Source: Batkoa obscura | Lineage: Eukaryota | Assembly (NCBI GenBank): GCA_030770535.1 | Contig: JASVEC010000021.1 | Span: 496,001-560,000, forward strand | Reading direction: 5' to 3' | Length of the DNA stretch: 64,000 bases | Shown: positions 1 through 13,020 of the stretch, piece by piece | Layout of the letters: each line of letters starts with the position of its first letter | How positions within the stretch are numbered: position 1 is the first letter of the stretch | The notes under the pieces: model-generated | The model's database searches: none | What the model saw: only the letters and a program-made list of their open reading frames with translations | What the model was told of the DNA's origin: nothing | Position numbers and translations under genes: made by a program

Positions 1-622
1 GCTCCTATTAAAATTTTATTAACAATTTAGATAAATTTGTCTTGTTCTTGTATTGTTTACTCATTTAAAAGCATATTACTACTAGGTTATATTGTTAACT
101 AACATTTATGTTCACTAATTACGCTTAAAATTTTGACAAGGTATCTAAGCTAAAAGATATACAAATGCTTCAAACCTTACTACTCCTATTAAACAGTAAG
201 TTAACTAATAATAAATTATTATATTATCTTAACTATAATATATGAATGTTTTATTTTTGATGGTTTAAAAACTACTTTATTAAGTATTGATATCATACTG
301 GATATAATTTCATACTAATAAATAAGTAATTTTGTAAAATATTACTTTACTAATTTAATTTAATTTAATTTAGATAATTTTACAATTAAACTTAAATATA
401 TTTATAAACTAATATACAGTTAAATTAAGCTTTTTCATTTAAGTTTGCTATAAAAAACTTTATTTCTGTATTTTAACATTTATATTAGTAGTTATAATAA
501 AACATGATAACTGATATTATTTTATATATATAGCATATCAATGCAAAATATTTAAAAAAGTTTTAATATAATAATTTTATTCTCTAAAATTATTATATTA
601 ATAAAGCTTAATAGCTTTATAT

Positions 623-719
623 AAAGATCTATTTTTTATTTGAAGATTCTACTGATACCCTTCTCATTTAAACAGCACCAAAAAATAAAAAAAGCAGTGA
701 AGCTAAAAAAAACACCCCC
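623..719 (+). mobile_element. Degenerate copy of ~98-bp MITE family (MITE-A)
   Basis: Aligns by eye to consensus GGGGATGTATTTTTGTGTTTAAGAATTTTACTAAC...CACTCAAATAGCGCTTAAAAAATGGAAAAAGTAATGAAGTCAAAAAAAACATCCCC; flanked by ATAT on both sides; left TIR decayed. Confidence 0.65.
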
Positions 720-939
720 ATATATTATTTTTTATATTTTAAGTTTAGATTAATTATAAAAACTAAGGTTTATTAACATAGCTAATTAATTAAGCTGTTT
801 CAGCTTTTAAGTTTAATTTTTAAATATGTTATTTTATTTATGAAATTCAAACTAAGTTATAAAATTATTTAATATAATAAAGCTTGTTTTCTATTATGCT
901 TATTTAAGTTTTTATAAAAACTAAAATAAAATATGAGAG

Positions 940-1300
940 TTAATACTTAGTAATTGAAGTTGAAAGCAATTCTTGCTTAATTAACTGGCTATAAGTTAGA
1001 AAAACTTTAGTTTATATAATTAAAATTGATATATGATAAGCTATAAGCTATAAACTATAGAAAATAGATGAAATAAAAAATATTGTTATGAAATTTATAT
1101 AGTAATATAAAACTTAATAACTTTATTAAAAAATATAATATCAAAAAACTTACCCCCATATATTAAAAAATCTTTTTTATATTTCAATTAGGTGGTTATA
1201 TAAAAATATATAACAATCATTATTTTTTACTACAATTGTCTAATATAAATATTAAAATTTTTTGTAGCAAATTTAAAAACTTAAAATTGATTGTAAATTC
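940..1300 (+). mobile_element. Highly decayed fragment of probable non-LTR retrotransposon 3' region (relic L)
   Basis: Similar by eye to 14550-15070 and 41995-42400; boundaries approximate. Confidence 0.45.
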
Positions 1301-1479
1301 AGAAACATGATAATTTTTCTACTAAAAATTTAATAGGAAAATCATTCAAAGCTAATTAAATTTATTATATAGCTTATAACTAAATTAATTATGATTCCAA
1401 TTAGTTTAAACAATTTAAATAGTTATTATATCATAATCAATTATAAACCTGGAAAAACAATGTTTTATAGCTTTATTTA

Positions 1480-1945
1480 TAACTATAGTTGTGAAATATC
1501 CCTTTATCAGCTCTATGATTGATTATAATATATCAATCACTTAAGTTGTGCTCTCGAATAGAGACATAATCAACTCCAATCTTATTTTGATTTGCTGCAA
1601 GAATTTCTAATTTCATTCCAAAAAGTATTACTTTTTTGCTTTGATACCCATACTTGTCGGAGTATAAAACGGACTTTAGAATATAGTAACTTGGAGCCTC
1701 TTAACTAAATTATTTCCTAATACTATACCTTTAATAAAGCCACTAAATCTTTTTGGTAATACCTTGCGTAGGTTTTACAGTAATATTGTCTATTCTATTT
1801 GTTTTACATAATCCATAGTATATTACGTGCTATTCTCCATAATTCAAGTTTATATTAGTTACATAAACTAAGACTTTTCAACGTACAACTAGTTAACCAA
1901 ATAAAGGTTGCTTTTAACTCGGACCACTGATTACCAGATTTCAGA
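1480..1945 (-). mobile_element. Best-preserved fragment of relic L, probable LINE ORF2 C-terminus
   Basis: Minus strand reads ...KLELWRIARNILWIM*NK*NRQYY...; restoring transitions (TAA>TGG, TAG>CGG) gives ILWIMWNKRN, resembling the W-x-I-W-x-x-R-N motif that follows the zinc knuckle in L1/Tx1-type ORF2; homologous to 41990-42400. Confidence 0.55.
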
Positions 1946-2222
1946 TTCTTGTAAATAAACAGTTTTACTTTATTATAATCTATCACTTTTAAAAAAAAGT
2001 TCTATAAACTACTTTAAATTTATACTATTATTTTAAAAAAAACGTTATATTAAATAATCATAGATATTAATTTTTAATCAAATTAAATATTAAAAAAACT
2101 GTCTTATTTAATAGTATTTGAAAATAAAAAAGTGATAAAGTTAAAAAGATCTTCACATTATTAATTATAAAAGAAAATGCTTATTTTAAATGTAAATAAA
2201 ATAATATAAAATAATATAAAAT

Positions 2223-2321
2223 GGGGATGTATTTTTGTGTTTAAGAATTTCATTAATAGCTTTTCCACTCAAATAGCGCTTAAAAGATGGAAAAAGTAAT
2301 GAAGTTAGAAGAAACACTCCC
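2223..2321 (+). mobile_element. MITE-A copy
   Basis: GGGGATGT...ACACTCCC ends; 4-bp TSD AAAT/AAAT. Confidence 0.9.
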
Positions 2322-2450
2322 AAATAAGCATTGTTTTTTATTCATTTTTATATTTTTTAAGATTTATTAAGCAAAAATATTATTATAAAACTTATTTAAA
2401 TTTGAAAATGTTCTTTTTAAGTATATAATTACTAATTTAGTTAAATATAT

Positions 2451-2546
2451 GGGGATGTTTTTTTTGGTTTCATTACTTTCCGCTTTTTAAGTACTATTTG
2501 AGTGGAAAGATTGTTGGTAAAATTTTTAAATAAAAAATACATCCCC
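2451..2546 (-). mobile_element. MITE-A copy
   Basis: GGGGATGT...ACATCCCC TIRs; TSD ATAT/ATAT. Confidence 0.9.
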
Positions 2547-2773
2547 ATATAAATATTATTCAACGGTTTTATTTGTATTTAAGATAATTTCAGAAAATTC
2601 TATTATCTTAGTTTTTTCCTATATTTATTTGATTTTTACTTCTTCTTTTTAACTTTTAAACCTATTGTATTATGTTTAATACTCAGTTACTCAGTTTTTT
2701 TCAATAACTATTATATTAGTTATAATAGTTTTTTAGTAATTTGTTTTTAGATTTTGACCAAATTTTAATATAT

Positions 2774-2864
2774 AGAGATGTATCTTTTTATAATTTTACT
2801 AACAATCTCTCTGCTCAAATAGCACTTAAATACAAAAAATGATAAAATCAAAGAAAACATTACC
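2774..2864 (+). mobile_element. Degenerate MITE-A copy
   Basis: Internal TTTTACTAACAAT..CTCAAATAGCACTTAAA match; ATAT flanks. Confidence 0.7.
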
Positions 2865-3574
2865 ATATATTAGTTTTATTTTTCTAATATTAAATACTTT
2901 CTAAAATTTACTAAGTAACTTATTATATTTTTCCTTTTTTTTTTAGTTTGATGGAGTTTTTTAAAAAGCTGGAATCAAGTTACTAAAATTTTTATTTATT
3001 AATTTGTTAACTATAACAGGTTTAACAACAAAATAAATATTTAATTTTTTGATTTTATTTTCAATTAAATTGTGTAAATATAATTTGATTACTTCATTTT
3101 AAAAAACTTTTTTATTATTTTCATTGTCTTTTTAAATTTCACTCAGTTTAACAATGTTTATTTTACTATTATTTTTATTTAAATAGCTTTTTTGTTAAAT
3201 CAATAGTTTATTTATTAGCTTTTCTTTTGTAAAATTATTTTCTTTTATTTTCTTTTTATAATAAAATATTATATTGTTGAATTTTAGTTCATTAATTTTA
3301 AGAACTAATTTCTTTTACAATCTTAAATGTGATATTGCTCAAATTTAACAATAGTATAAATTTGATAATAGTATAATTTAATAATAATTTATTTTTATTA
3401 AAACATTTGAATTGACTAAATCTTAATTGAGCAATTTTGAAAATTTACTCTCAAATTAAGTTACACATTTAAAAATAACAAAAAGACAAGTCCAGATGCT
3501 TAAACTAAAATTTACGCAATCCATATAAAAAATTGAACTTTAAATTAAAGAATCTATTTTTGAAAATAAAAATT

Positions 3575-4204
3575 ATGGTGGTAAAATACAATTACTCTAA
3601 TAATTATTATAAATCCAAATTACTAAATGTACTCAGTTACCATTAGGATTATTACATTCAGCAGAAGGCCATCCAGCGGTAAGTGAGAGGAATTACTTGA
3701 GTATGATTGAAATTAATGAAATTTTGAATAATAGATGGTGGAACTAAAAAATGGAGAAACATTTAATGGACATTTAATAAATTGTGATAGTTTTATGAAT
3801 TTAACATTAAGAGAAGTGATACAAACATCAGCGGTAAGAAACCAATTGCTTTATTTTTTAACTGTTTTATTTTTGACAGTTTTATTGAATGAAGATTTAT
3901 AAATGGTATTTTAGGACGGTTCAAGGTTTTGGCGATTACCGGAATGTTTCCTTAAAGGTTATAATATCAAAACTATTAGAGTACCAGATAATGTAAGTAA
4001 ATTTTCTTATTAAAACACTTTTTTTTTAGAAATGATTATAAAAGCATAGAAACAAAATATATTGAGATATTAATTAAATGTATTTGAATTGTATAGGTTT
4101 TAGAAGCAGCTCGAGCTAATATGAATAAAAAGAAACTAAACAGGGATCGCACTCAAACCCGAGGTGGTGGTAACCAAAGAGGAGGTAGAGGTAGAGGAAA
4201 TTAA
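3575..4204 (+). CDS. LSM4: U6 snRNA-associated Sm-like protein LSm4 (5 exons: 3575-3580, 3637-3678, 3735-3833, 3915-3992, 4097-4204)
   Basis: Not in ORF track; spliced translation [75 protein letters not shown]...RGGRGRGN* is the LSm4 Sm fold with an RGG tail; GT-AG introns; first micro-exon boundary uncertain by 3 nt. Confidence 0.93.
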
Positions 4205-4653
4205 ACCATGTTTTTTTTTTATCGATTTGAAGCCAAATAAAGTTTATTTTTTCTTTGTGTAATAAGGGTTTGTTTTTGAAAATGAATGCATCGGAGAGTT
4301 TGGCTATTATTGTTATTATTATTGGGGAGTGAAGATGCTCTAAGATAAACTATTGAAAGTTGATTCAATCCAATTGGATGTTTAAAATCAATCTATTTTA
4401 AAAACTAATAGTTAATTGAAAATGAAACAAAGCAACAAATTGAATTATACATAATGGAATATTTTGTAAAATATCTAACGTTATTATAAATCTATTGAAG
4501 ATATCTATTAAACTATTCAAAACAATAAAATAATTATTATAAACAACAAGCCTATTTTATTTCATTTTAAAACAAATTAATGAAACCATTTTTCTACATT
4601 GATTTGATCCTTTTCATTCACTTAAAAAACTATCCTATTACTATCTTCCATTT

Positions 4654-5764
4654 TTAATAATACCCAGCTGGTGGAGGTGGAGGTGGGTGATTATAATAAT
4701 CATTTTGAGGTGGTGGCATATAACCTATTCAAACTAGTAAAAAAAGAAATATTTAATGAATAAAACACCTACCATTCGAAGGAGGAGGAGGAGGGGCATA
4801 ACCACCTTGATGATTCTGGGGAGGGAAATTTGGAGGTACATTACCAGTTGGCATAATCCCCGCTCTCATTCTCATTTCCGCTGTTAATCTACCCGACATA
4901 ACTTCTGGGTTATTTTTCCTTGCTTGAGCAGCGAGTAAACGTTCTATTGAAATTAATTAAATAAAATTCTAAATAACAAAAGTAAAAAGCTTGAAATTAC
5001 CTGCTGCAGATCCATGTCTTTCTCCTTTACCATCTTTTTTTAATGCATAAACAACAGTTACTGCTTTATTTGCTAAATACTGTCCATTCATAGCATCAAT
5101 AGCGGCATCCGAAGAATCAAAATTATCATAACTAACAAAGGCAAAACCTTTGGAGGAACCACTTTCGAGGTCTCTACCTACCTTTTATTAGAATTAGATT
5201 AGTTTAATTTTTCAAAAATGGGAATGAAACCATTTACTTTAGGTGGCAATACCAAGGTACCAAAAGCCGAAAAAGTATCATATAATATTTTTTCATCCAC
5301 AGAAGGATCTAAATTACCAACAAATAAATTCGCCCCCACTTCTAAACTCTTTTTATCTGCGGTGGCCTATTAGGAAATAATTGAGTTAATTAGTTTTATT
5401 AAATTCTATTTTTTTAATCGAATTGAAATTTTACCTTATTGACCCTAATTGGTTTACCAAAAAGTTTAATTAAATTCATAATTTTTATACAATAATCAGC
5501 ATCTTCTTCTGTTGTAAATTCACAGAAACCATACCCTTGATGGGCTTGCGTCACTCGATCTTTGGGTAAATGCACATTAACTGAAAATTATTAGTTAGTA
5601 TTAGTAAATCAAATGGTTTTTTTAAATAAATCGAGCATTGAAAACTACTTACCAACTGGTCCAACTTGTAACATTAATTCCCATATTAATGCTTCTGTAC
5701 ATCTTTCATCTAAATTCCCTACATAAACAGTAGCTTCTTGATTACGATCTAATACAATGGACAT
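4654..5764 (-). CDS. HSH49: Splicing factor 3B subunit 4 (SAP49/Hsh49); exons 5764-5653, 5580-5435, 5366-5238, 5181-5001, 4943-4773, 4724-4654
   Basis: Not in ORF track; spliced translation [54 protein letters not shown]... second [13 protein letters not shown]... [15 protein letters not shown] and a Pro-rich tail. Confidence 0.95.
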
Positions 5765-5895
5765 AATGGAAATACTGTATTAAATAAATTTAGTTTATTA
5801 CTTAAATTAACAATCTGTTACTCAAATCTTGAGCCAATTAAATGAACTCTTATTTTCGAAGATAAAAGTAGAATTTTCTATTTTTTTAAAATAAA

Positions 5896-8307
5896 ATGGC
5901 AATTTTAAATCAATTAAATAAACTTCAATTGACAATTAAACTTAGACAATCGAATAGATGTACTATCAATAAAGCATATAGATCAATTTATTCAAAATCT
6001 TTAATTAACAATGGAATAAAATCAACTGATATATCACTCAATCATGGTAAAAAGATGAATTTTAGGATTAATAAACTAAATGTAGTAAAATCAACCTATT
6101 ACAGTAGCATCAGTTCAAACTCAATATTTTCAACTCCAAAGACGATATTACAACATATAGGTAATTTATCAACTGAACCGTTAGAAGATTCGTTATTATA
6201 TTTTGATTTGACTGCTTCCCAAATCGAGTGCTTAACTCAAGATATCATTGATACTAGTCAACAAATATTGGACCAAATATCTGTATTAAAACCGGAAGAA
6301 TGTAATTCTGAAACCGTGATATCAAAATTAGCAGACTTAGAAACTTGGACAACTACATATACTTCCTCATGTACTTTTCCTATGTATATTTCTAAGGATA
6401 AAGAGGTAAGACAAGCTTGTTCTAAAGCTTATCAAGAATTATCTAAACATTCGATTCAATCTTCAATGAGGATGGATATTTATTATGCGGTTTGTAATGC
6501 GAAGAAAAATATGGAAGTTAAGGAAGAAATGAAAAAATTATCGGATGAAGATAAAAGGTATATCAATAAATTATTAGAAGACTATCATAAGCTTGGATTT
6601 CATTTGGAAACTGAAAAGAGACAATTGCTATCAGATACATTGGTAGAATTATCTGATTTATCCAATCAATTTTCTAATAACGTTGCAGCGGATAATACAA
6701 CGGTTCAATTAAAAAAAAGCGAGTTAGAAGGTCTTCCAGAATTTTATTTTTCAACAGTTAAAAAAGTGGAAGATGGAGAAGAAGGAGAACCTAAATTCGA
6801 AATTACAATGAAATACCCGGATATCAATCCAATATTAGAAAAAGCCAAAAATTCAGATATTAGAAAGAAGATTGAATTTGTTTATAATTCTAGATGTGAG
6901 CAGAATATTCCATTGTTAGAAAGAGCCTTAGTATTAAGAGAAAAAGTGGCTAAAATATTAGATTATGAAAATTATGCAGAATATCGATTAAAAGGCCGTA
7001 TGGCAGATAAGCCAAAAATAGTATTTGATTTTTTAGAAGATTTAAAAAATCGGTTTGAACCTTTACTTCAAAAAGAGTTATATAATTTATTAGAACTTAA
7101 AAAAGAAGAGGATGTAAATGCTAATGAATTGGAATCTTGGGATATGGCATATTATAAAGAGAAATTGATAAGTAAAGAATGTAATATAGATCAAGAAAAA
7201 ATACAAGAATATTTTCCATTACCCCATGTAACTGAACAAATGTTCAATATTTATTCCAATTTGTTTAATATTGAATTTACCATTTTAAATAAAAGAATGG
7301 ATTATTGGGATCCGGAAGTGGATTTAGTTAAAGTAAGTGATAAAGATAGCAAAGAAGTATTGGGCTATTTTTACCTTGATCTTTACCCGAGAGAAGGTAA
7401 ATTTACTCATGCGGCTTGTTTTCCATTACAACCAGGGTGTGAATTTAATCAACAATTCCAATATCCCATTGTAGCTATGGTATGTAATTTCACTTCCCCA
7501 AATCAACAATTAAATCGACCAAGTTTACTTCGTCATTATGAAGTGATTACTTACTTTCATGAATTGGGACATGTCCTTCATTGTGTATTATCTAAACCAA
7601 AATATTCTAAATTTACTGGGGTTAATGTTGAACATGATTTTGTGGAAACACCATCTCAACTATTGGAAAATTGGTGTTGGGATCAAAAAGAACTAAAACT
7701 ATTATCAAAACATTATCAAACTGGAAAGCCATTGGAAGATACAATGATTGATAATTTAATTTTAAGTAAAAATTTAACACCTGCTTTATTTTGGTCAAGA
7801 CAGTTAGTATTCGCTTTTTATGATATGTATCTTCATACAGGAGATGGTAAGTTATTATATTTTATTTTAATATTTAATATTATAATATGCTTTTTTTAGC
7901 TAAAAGCATAAATACTACTGAATTTATGAAACAACTTCGATATAAAATATTGAAAAGTAAAACTCAATCAAACACATTTTCAAATGCTACATTTAATCAT
8001 ATAATGGGTGGCTATGATGCTGGATATTATGGTTATCTTTGGGCTCTAGTTTATTCAGCTGATATTTATCATACTCTATTTAAAAATCAAAATGATAATG
8101 ATAATCAACTAAGTGGTAAATTATATAGAAATATTATTTTAAATTCAGGTGGATCAAAGTAATTTTATATTGTATTGTTTATTTTATTATTTACTTATTA
8201 TTTTCAGAGATGCTATTAATATGCTAAAACAATTGTTAAATAGAGAACCATCAGCAGATCATTTTATTCAATCTTTTGTTGGAGATTTGAAACAAATAAA
8301 ATATTAG
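5896..8307 (+). CDS. M3A metallo-oligopeptidase (thimet oligopeptidase/saccharolysin-like), copy 1; exons 5896-7846, 7900-8158, 8208-8307; 769 aa
   Basis: FHELGH zinc motif, [34 protein letters not shown]; ~90-aa basic Ser/Asn-rich N-extension almost free of acidic residues. Confidence 0.93.
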
Positions 8308-8369
8308 AATAATGGAGTTTAAATGTTACTTTATTTTATATAATAATATTTTATTTTAAAATAAAACTA

Positions 8370-10643
8370 TTAAAGTTTTGGTTTAATAGATTCAAGAAAA
8401 GCTTCATTAGTAGGTTCACGATCTAGGAAAGAGGTAAGCATATCAATAGCATCTCTAAAAAAGAAATAAGTTAAAAATTCTAAAGACAAAAAATTGAATA
8501 AAATTACTTTGAAGCCCCAGGTAACAAAATTTCATTTCTATAAGATAAACCAACTTTAGGACCAGCAATATCATCCAATGATTTAAATTTACTAGCAAAC
8601 ATATCTGCAGAAAACACTTCGGACCAAAGGTAACCATAGTATCCAGCATCATAACCCCCCATTAAATGACCAAAAGTAGCTACAAAACAAGTATCAGGCT
8701 GTCCTGATACTAATGAAATTTCTTTCTTTAAATTAAGAAATAACTCATTAATATTTAACCTTTCATCTAATAAAATAATTAATGTAAAATTTAAATAATA
8801 ACTAATATAAGCAATTACCAGTTTCAATAGAATGAATTTTTAAATCAAAAATAGCAAACAATAATTGACGAAGATAAAATAAGCCAGAGCCAACATTTTT
8901 AGAATCAATTAAAGAATCAATTAATTCCTCAGGTATTTTATCATTAGATTCATAATGAGATGAAAGATAAGATAATATTTTTTTATCCCAACACCAATTT
9001 TCTAACATTTGAGAAGGAGCTTCCACGAAATCACCTTCTACATTAGTACCATGGAATCTAGAATACTTGGTTTTTGAGCAAATGGTATGCATTACATGAC
9101 CTAATTCATGGAAATAAGTCACTATTTCACTATGTCTTAATAAAGAAGGTGATGATGTTGTGGGTTTTGTAAAATTAGCCACCATAGCAGCAACTGGTAC
9201 TTGACGAGTACCATTAGATAATTGAGCACCACTTTGGATTGGGAAACATGCTGCATGGGAATATTTACCTGGACGTGGAAACAAATCTAGATAAAAATAG
9301 CCCATCAATTCCTGAGTTGTACCATCACTAACTTTAATTAATTTGATATCTTGTGGTGTATCTAAATTCCAGCTAAAATTATTTTCAATTGTTTCAAATT
9401 TCAAATTTAATACTTTTTGATATAATTCCAACATCTTTTCAGTTACTTGATCTAATGGATAATATTCTTTGATCTTTTGATGATCTACTTTGAACTTATT
9501 TTTTAATAATTGGTTCTTTAAATAACTAGTATCGTAAGAATGAATTTCGTTAGCCTCCGCTTCAAACGTCTTTTTAAGTTGTAATAATTCAGGGAGTTCT
9601 TGTTTACCATAAGTAGTTAAGGTATCTCTTAAATCATTTAAAAATTTATTAACTGCATCTGCTTTTTTAGCCATCTTCAATTCTAATTTAAAATCTGCAT
9701 GATTTTTATAACCCAATAAGTTAGCAGCTTTGAGACGTAATTGAAGTGCTTGTTCTAATACTTCAATATTACTAGAACATCTAGAGTTATATACTTTTTC
9801 TACTTTTTGACGAGTTGAGCTTAATTTAGCATTTTCTAATGTTGGTACAACATCCGGATATTTCATGGTTAATAAATAAACTTGTTGTCCATTATCGTTC
9901 TTTTTTTGTTTAAGATTATTAATGAAATCTTCTGGAAGTCCATCTAATTCTTCTCTAGTAAGTTCAATTTCAGTTTCATCTTCAGCAATTGTTTTAGCAA
10001 AGACAATTGAAAGTTCAGATAATTTATTCAAAATGGTTTTCAATTCTTCTCTCTTATCCTTTGGCAAATCCAAACCATTACGTTTAAATTCTAATACTGT
10101 TTTTTCAATAAATTTTTGATCTTCTGAATTTAATTTACTGACATCGATGTTACGCTGTGCATTCTTAACAGCTTCATAAAAATCTTCACGCATAGAAACT
10201 TCAATTTCAAATTCACTCAACTTGTGCTCCAATTTAGAACTTTCTTCACGAAGGGCCTTATCGGTATGGACGTGCTGTGGCATGTAGACAATACTCTTAT
10301 AAGTACCATACCAAGTCTCTAATTCAGCTAAACGTTTAAATACAGTATCAAAGTTACATTCTTCAGCTTTTAAGTTAGCAATGGCATCATATTCTTTACG
10401 ACCAATAGCTATCAATTCTTCACTTAAATTTTGTAAATCTTCTACATCAATATCAAATCTTAAACGGATGCCCTCGACTTCAGAGACTTTACTAGGTTTT
10501 ATGCTTTGTGGTTGCTGTATATCAATTCCGGTCATTTTTTTAAAGCTTCCAAGTGGACAATTTTTCCAATTTATATACCTTGAGCTATGACGTGTTCCTT
10601 TCTGGTTATTTGCTTCTGCTACTTTATTGGCTTTGAAATTCAT
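8370..10643 (-). CDS. M3A metallo-oligopeptidase (Prd1/thimet oligopeptidase-like), copy 2; exons 10643-8819, 8766-8508, 8454-8370; 722 aa
   Basis: [49 protein letters not shown]; same two intron positions and phases as copy 1; ends ...SIKPKL*. Confidence 0.93.
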
Positions 10644-11939
10644 AGTTTTGAACTTTTGTTCTTCAAATTAGGAACTTATGGTGTTTTTTAATTTAATAAT
10701 TTTTTATTGAAAATTTGACTTCAAAAATGTTATTTACGTTTTAATTATTAAAAAGATTAAGGGACTAACATGCCAACCTCTTATTCGGTTGCTTATCGTA
10801 TTTTTTGATAACTTCCGAAGTATATTCATTATTTTAGGTGACATTTATTTTTTATTCTATTTTACTTGAAATAAACACTGTTCATTCTGTTCCGAACTTT
10901 AAAATAGCACTACTTATTTTGGATAAGGATCAAGATAAAAAACATCCAAAGATAATCCAAGTATTTAAAATAATTAGGTATAAATTTTTGGCCTTCTAAT
11001 AGTTTACTATATACTAATGCGATAGAAAGAAAAATATTTAATTTTTTTATTTATATCTATATCTATACATTATTGATTTGATTTAAAAAAAACCAGGTGT
11101 ATTTTAAATTTTAATATTTTTGTCATAAATATTAATTATAAAAAATAAGATACTTAACAGAATATAGTACTTGACACTCTTTAATTTGCTTATAGTTTAT
11201 ATTAGAAAATATTTATAAAAAACATAAAGGTAAGAAATAAACAATATTTTCTTATAATCAATTATTACATAAACAGTATATTATCTAAATTTTAAAAATA
11301 AAGTTAAAAATGTCTCATTTTTTATTTATTTATTTGCTTTTTATTAATACATTTCTACCAAACCACCCCATTAAATAATTAAGTATTTGTTGCGAAAAAA
11401 GTCAAAGGCTATATTATCGTAAATCGTTATATTGAAAATTTTTAATGCTTTACTATTAATATATATAATAACACTATGATATATATTTTATTATTAAATT
11501 AACTTATAGTTTCGAAAACCTTGTTAGTGATTTATAGACCAATTAAACACCATCAATTAAATTGAAATATTTTGAAATCTCAGTTAAATTTGATATCCAT
11601 TAAAACAATAAATACTAAAAAATATATATAATAAAGCATAATAATATGAATTCAAAAATCATTTAATAATACAACTTAAATATAATATAACAATATCAAT
11701 TAAATTTATTAATAATACTAAAATTTCGATCGTCAATTTTTAATCCAATGAATTGCCGTGAATCGACTTAATTAAGTGATTTTATTTGTAAAGCGAAATT
11801 TAGCAGAATTAAACATGAAATTCTGAGTTTACCAGCGAATAATGGGAAGCTGCAATTTAAGATAATGAATAAGTTAAAAGCATCTTCCTCTTCGCGTTTG
11901 CGTCCATAAAGTTCCTAAACCAAAACAAACAACTTCACT

Positions 11940-13020
11940 ATGGCTGTAGGAAAAAATAAGTATGTAATTGAAAAGAGAAATATGAATAAAGATAGAAATA
12001 TAAATAAATTGGAATTGGAATTTACAAATTCAAAGACAAAATTGCTTACATTTTAATTAACTAGGCGTCTTTCAAAAGGAAAAAAGGGTCTCAAGAAGAA
12101 AGTGTAAGTCATTCATCCATCTAAAATCCTATTATAATCGTGTCGAAAAATCGAAATTAAAGGATATATCAAGATGAAAATAAATTAAATTCAATTATAA
12201 TAGTGTTGACCCATTCACCCGTAAAGATTGGTATGATGTTAAAGCTCCATCCATCTTCAAATTCCGTAATGTTGGTAAAACCCTTGTTAACCGTTCCCAA
12301 GGAATGAGTAAGATTCAATTTAATTTTTATTTCATTTTTTTAAAACAATATTAGAGAATGCCAATGACTCCCTCAAGGGTCGTGTATTCGAAGTTTCCGT
12401 TGGTGATCTTAACAAAGAAGAAGAAAATGCTTTCCGTAAGATTAAGCTTAGATGTGAAGAAGTTAACGGAAAGAACCTCCTTACCACTTTCCATGGTATG
12501 GATTTTACTTCTGATAAAATCCGCTCTCTTGTTAAGAAATGGCAGGTAAAACTTAATCAAACTATTATTGGCCTTTTTTTTCTAAAAATAGAAATAGACC
12601 CTTATTGAAGCCTTCGTTGATGTTAAGACCACCGATGGCTATTTAGTTCGTCTCTTTGCTATTGCTTTCACCAAGAGACGTACCAACCAAGTTAAGAAGA
12701 CTACTTATGCTCAAGCTTCTCAAGTCCGTTCCATCCGTAAAAAGATGTTCGAAATTATGACTCAAGAAGCTTCCAGCTGTGATATTAAGTCTCTTTTCCA
12801 AAAATTTGCCCCAGAATCTATTGGACTTGCTATCACCAAAGCTTGTGAACCAATCTTCCCACTTCAAAATGTTTACGTTCGTAAAGCTAAGATCCTTAAG
12901 TCTCCAAAAGTTGATTATACCAAACTTATGGAACTTCACGGTGAAGCTGCTGGTGATGATTCAGGTAACAAAGTTGCTCGTGCTGAATTCAAAGAACCAG
13001 AAATTCAAGAATCTGTTTAA
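11940..13020 (+). CDS. RPS1: 40S ribosomal protein eS1 (S1/S3a); exons 11940-11959, 12065-12103, 12204-12307, 12355-12545, 12598-13020
   Basis: [35 protein letters not shown]...[19 protein letters not shown]; strong codon bias. Confidence 0.97.

Noticed and set aside
11960..12203. Intronic snoRNA in the longer RPS1 introns
   Set aside because: No clear C/D or H/ACA boxes with terminal stems
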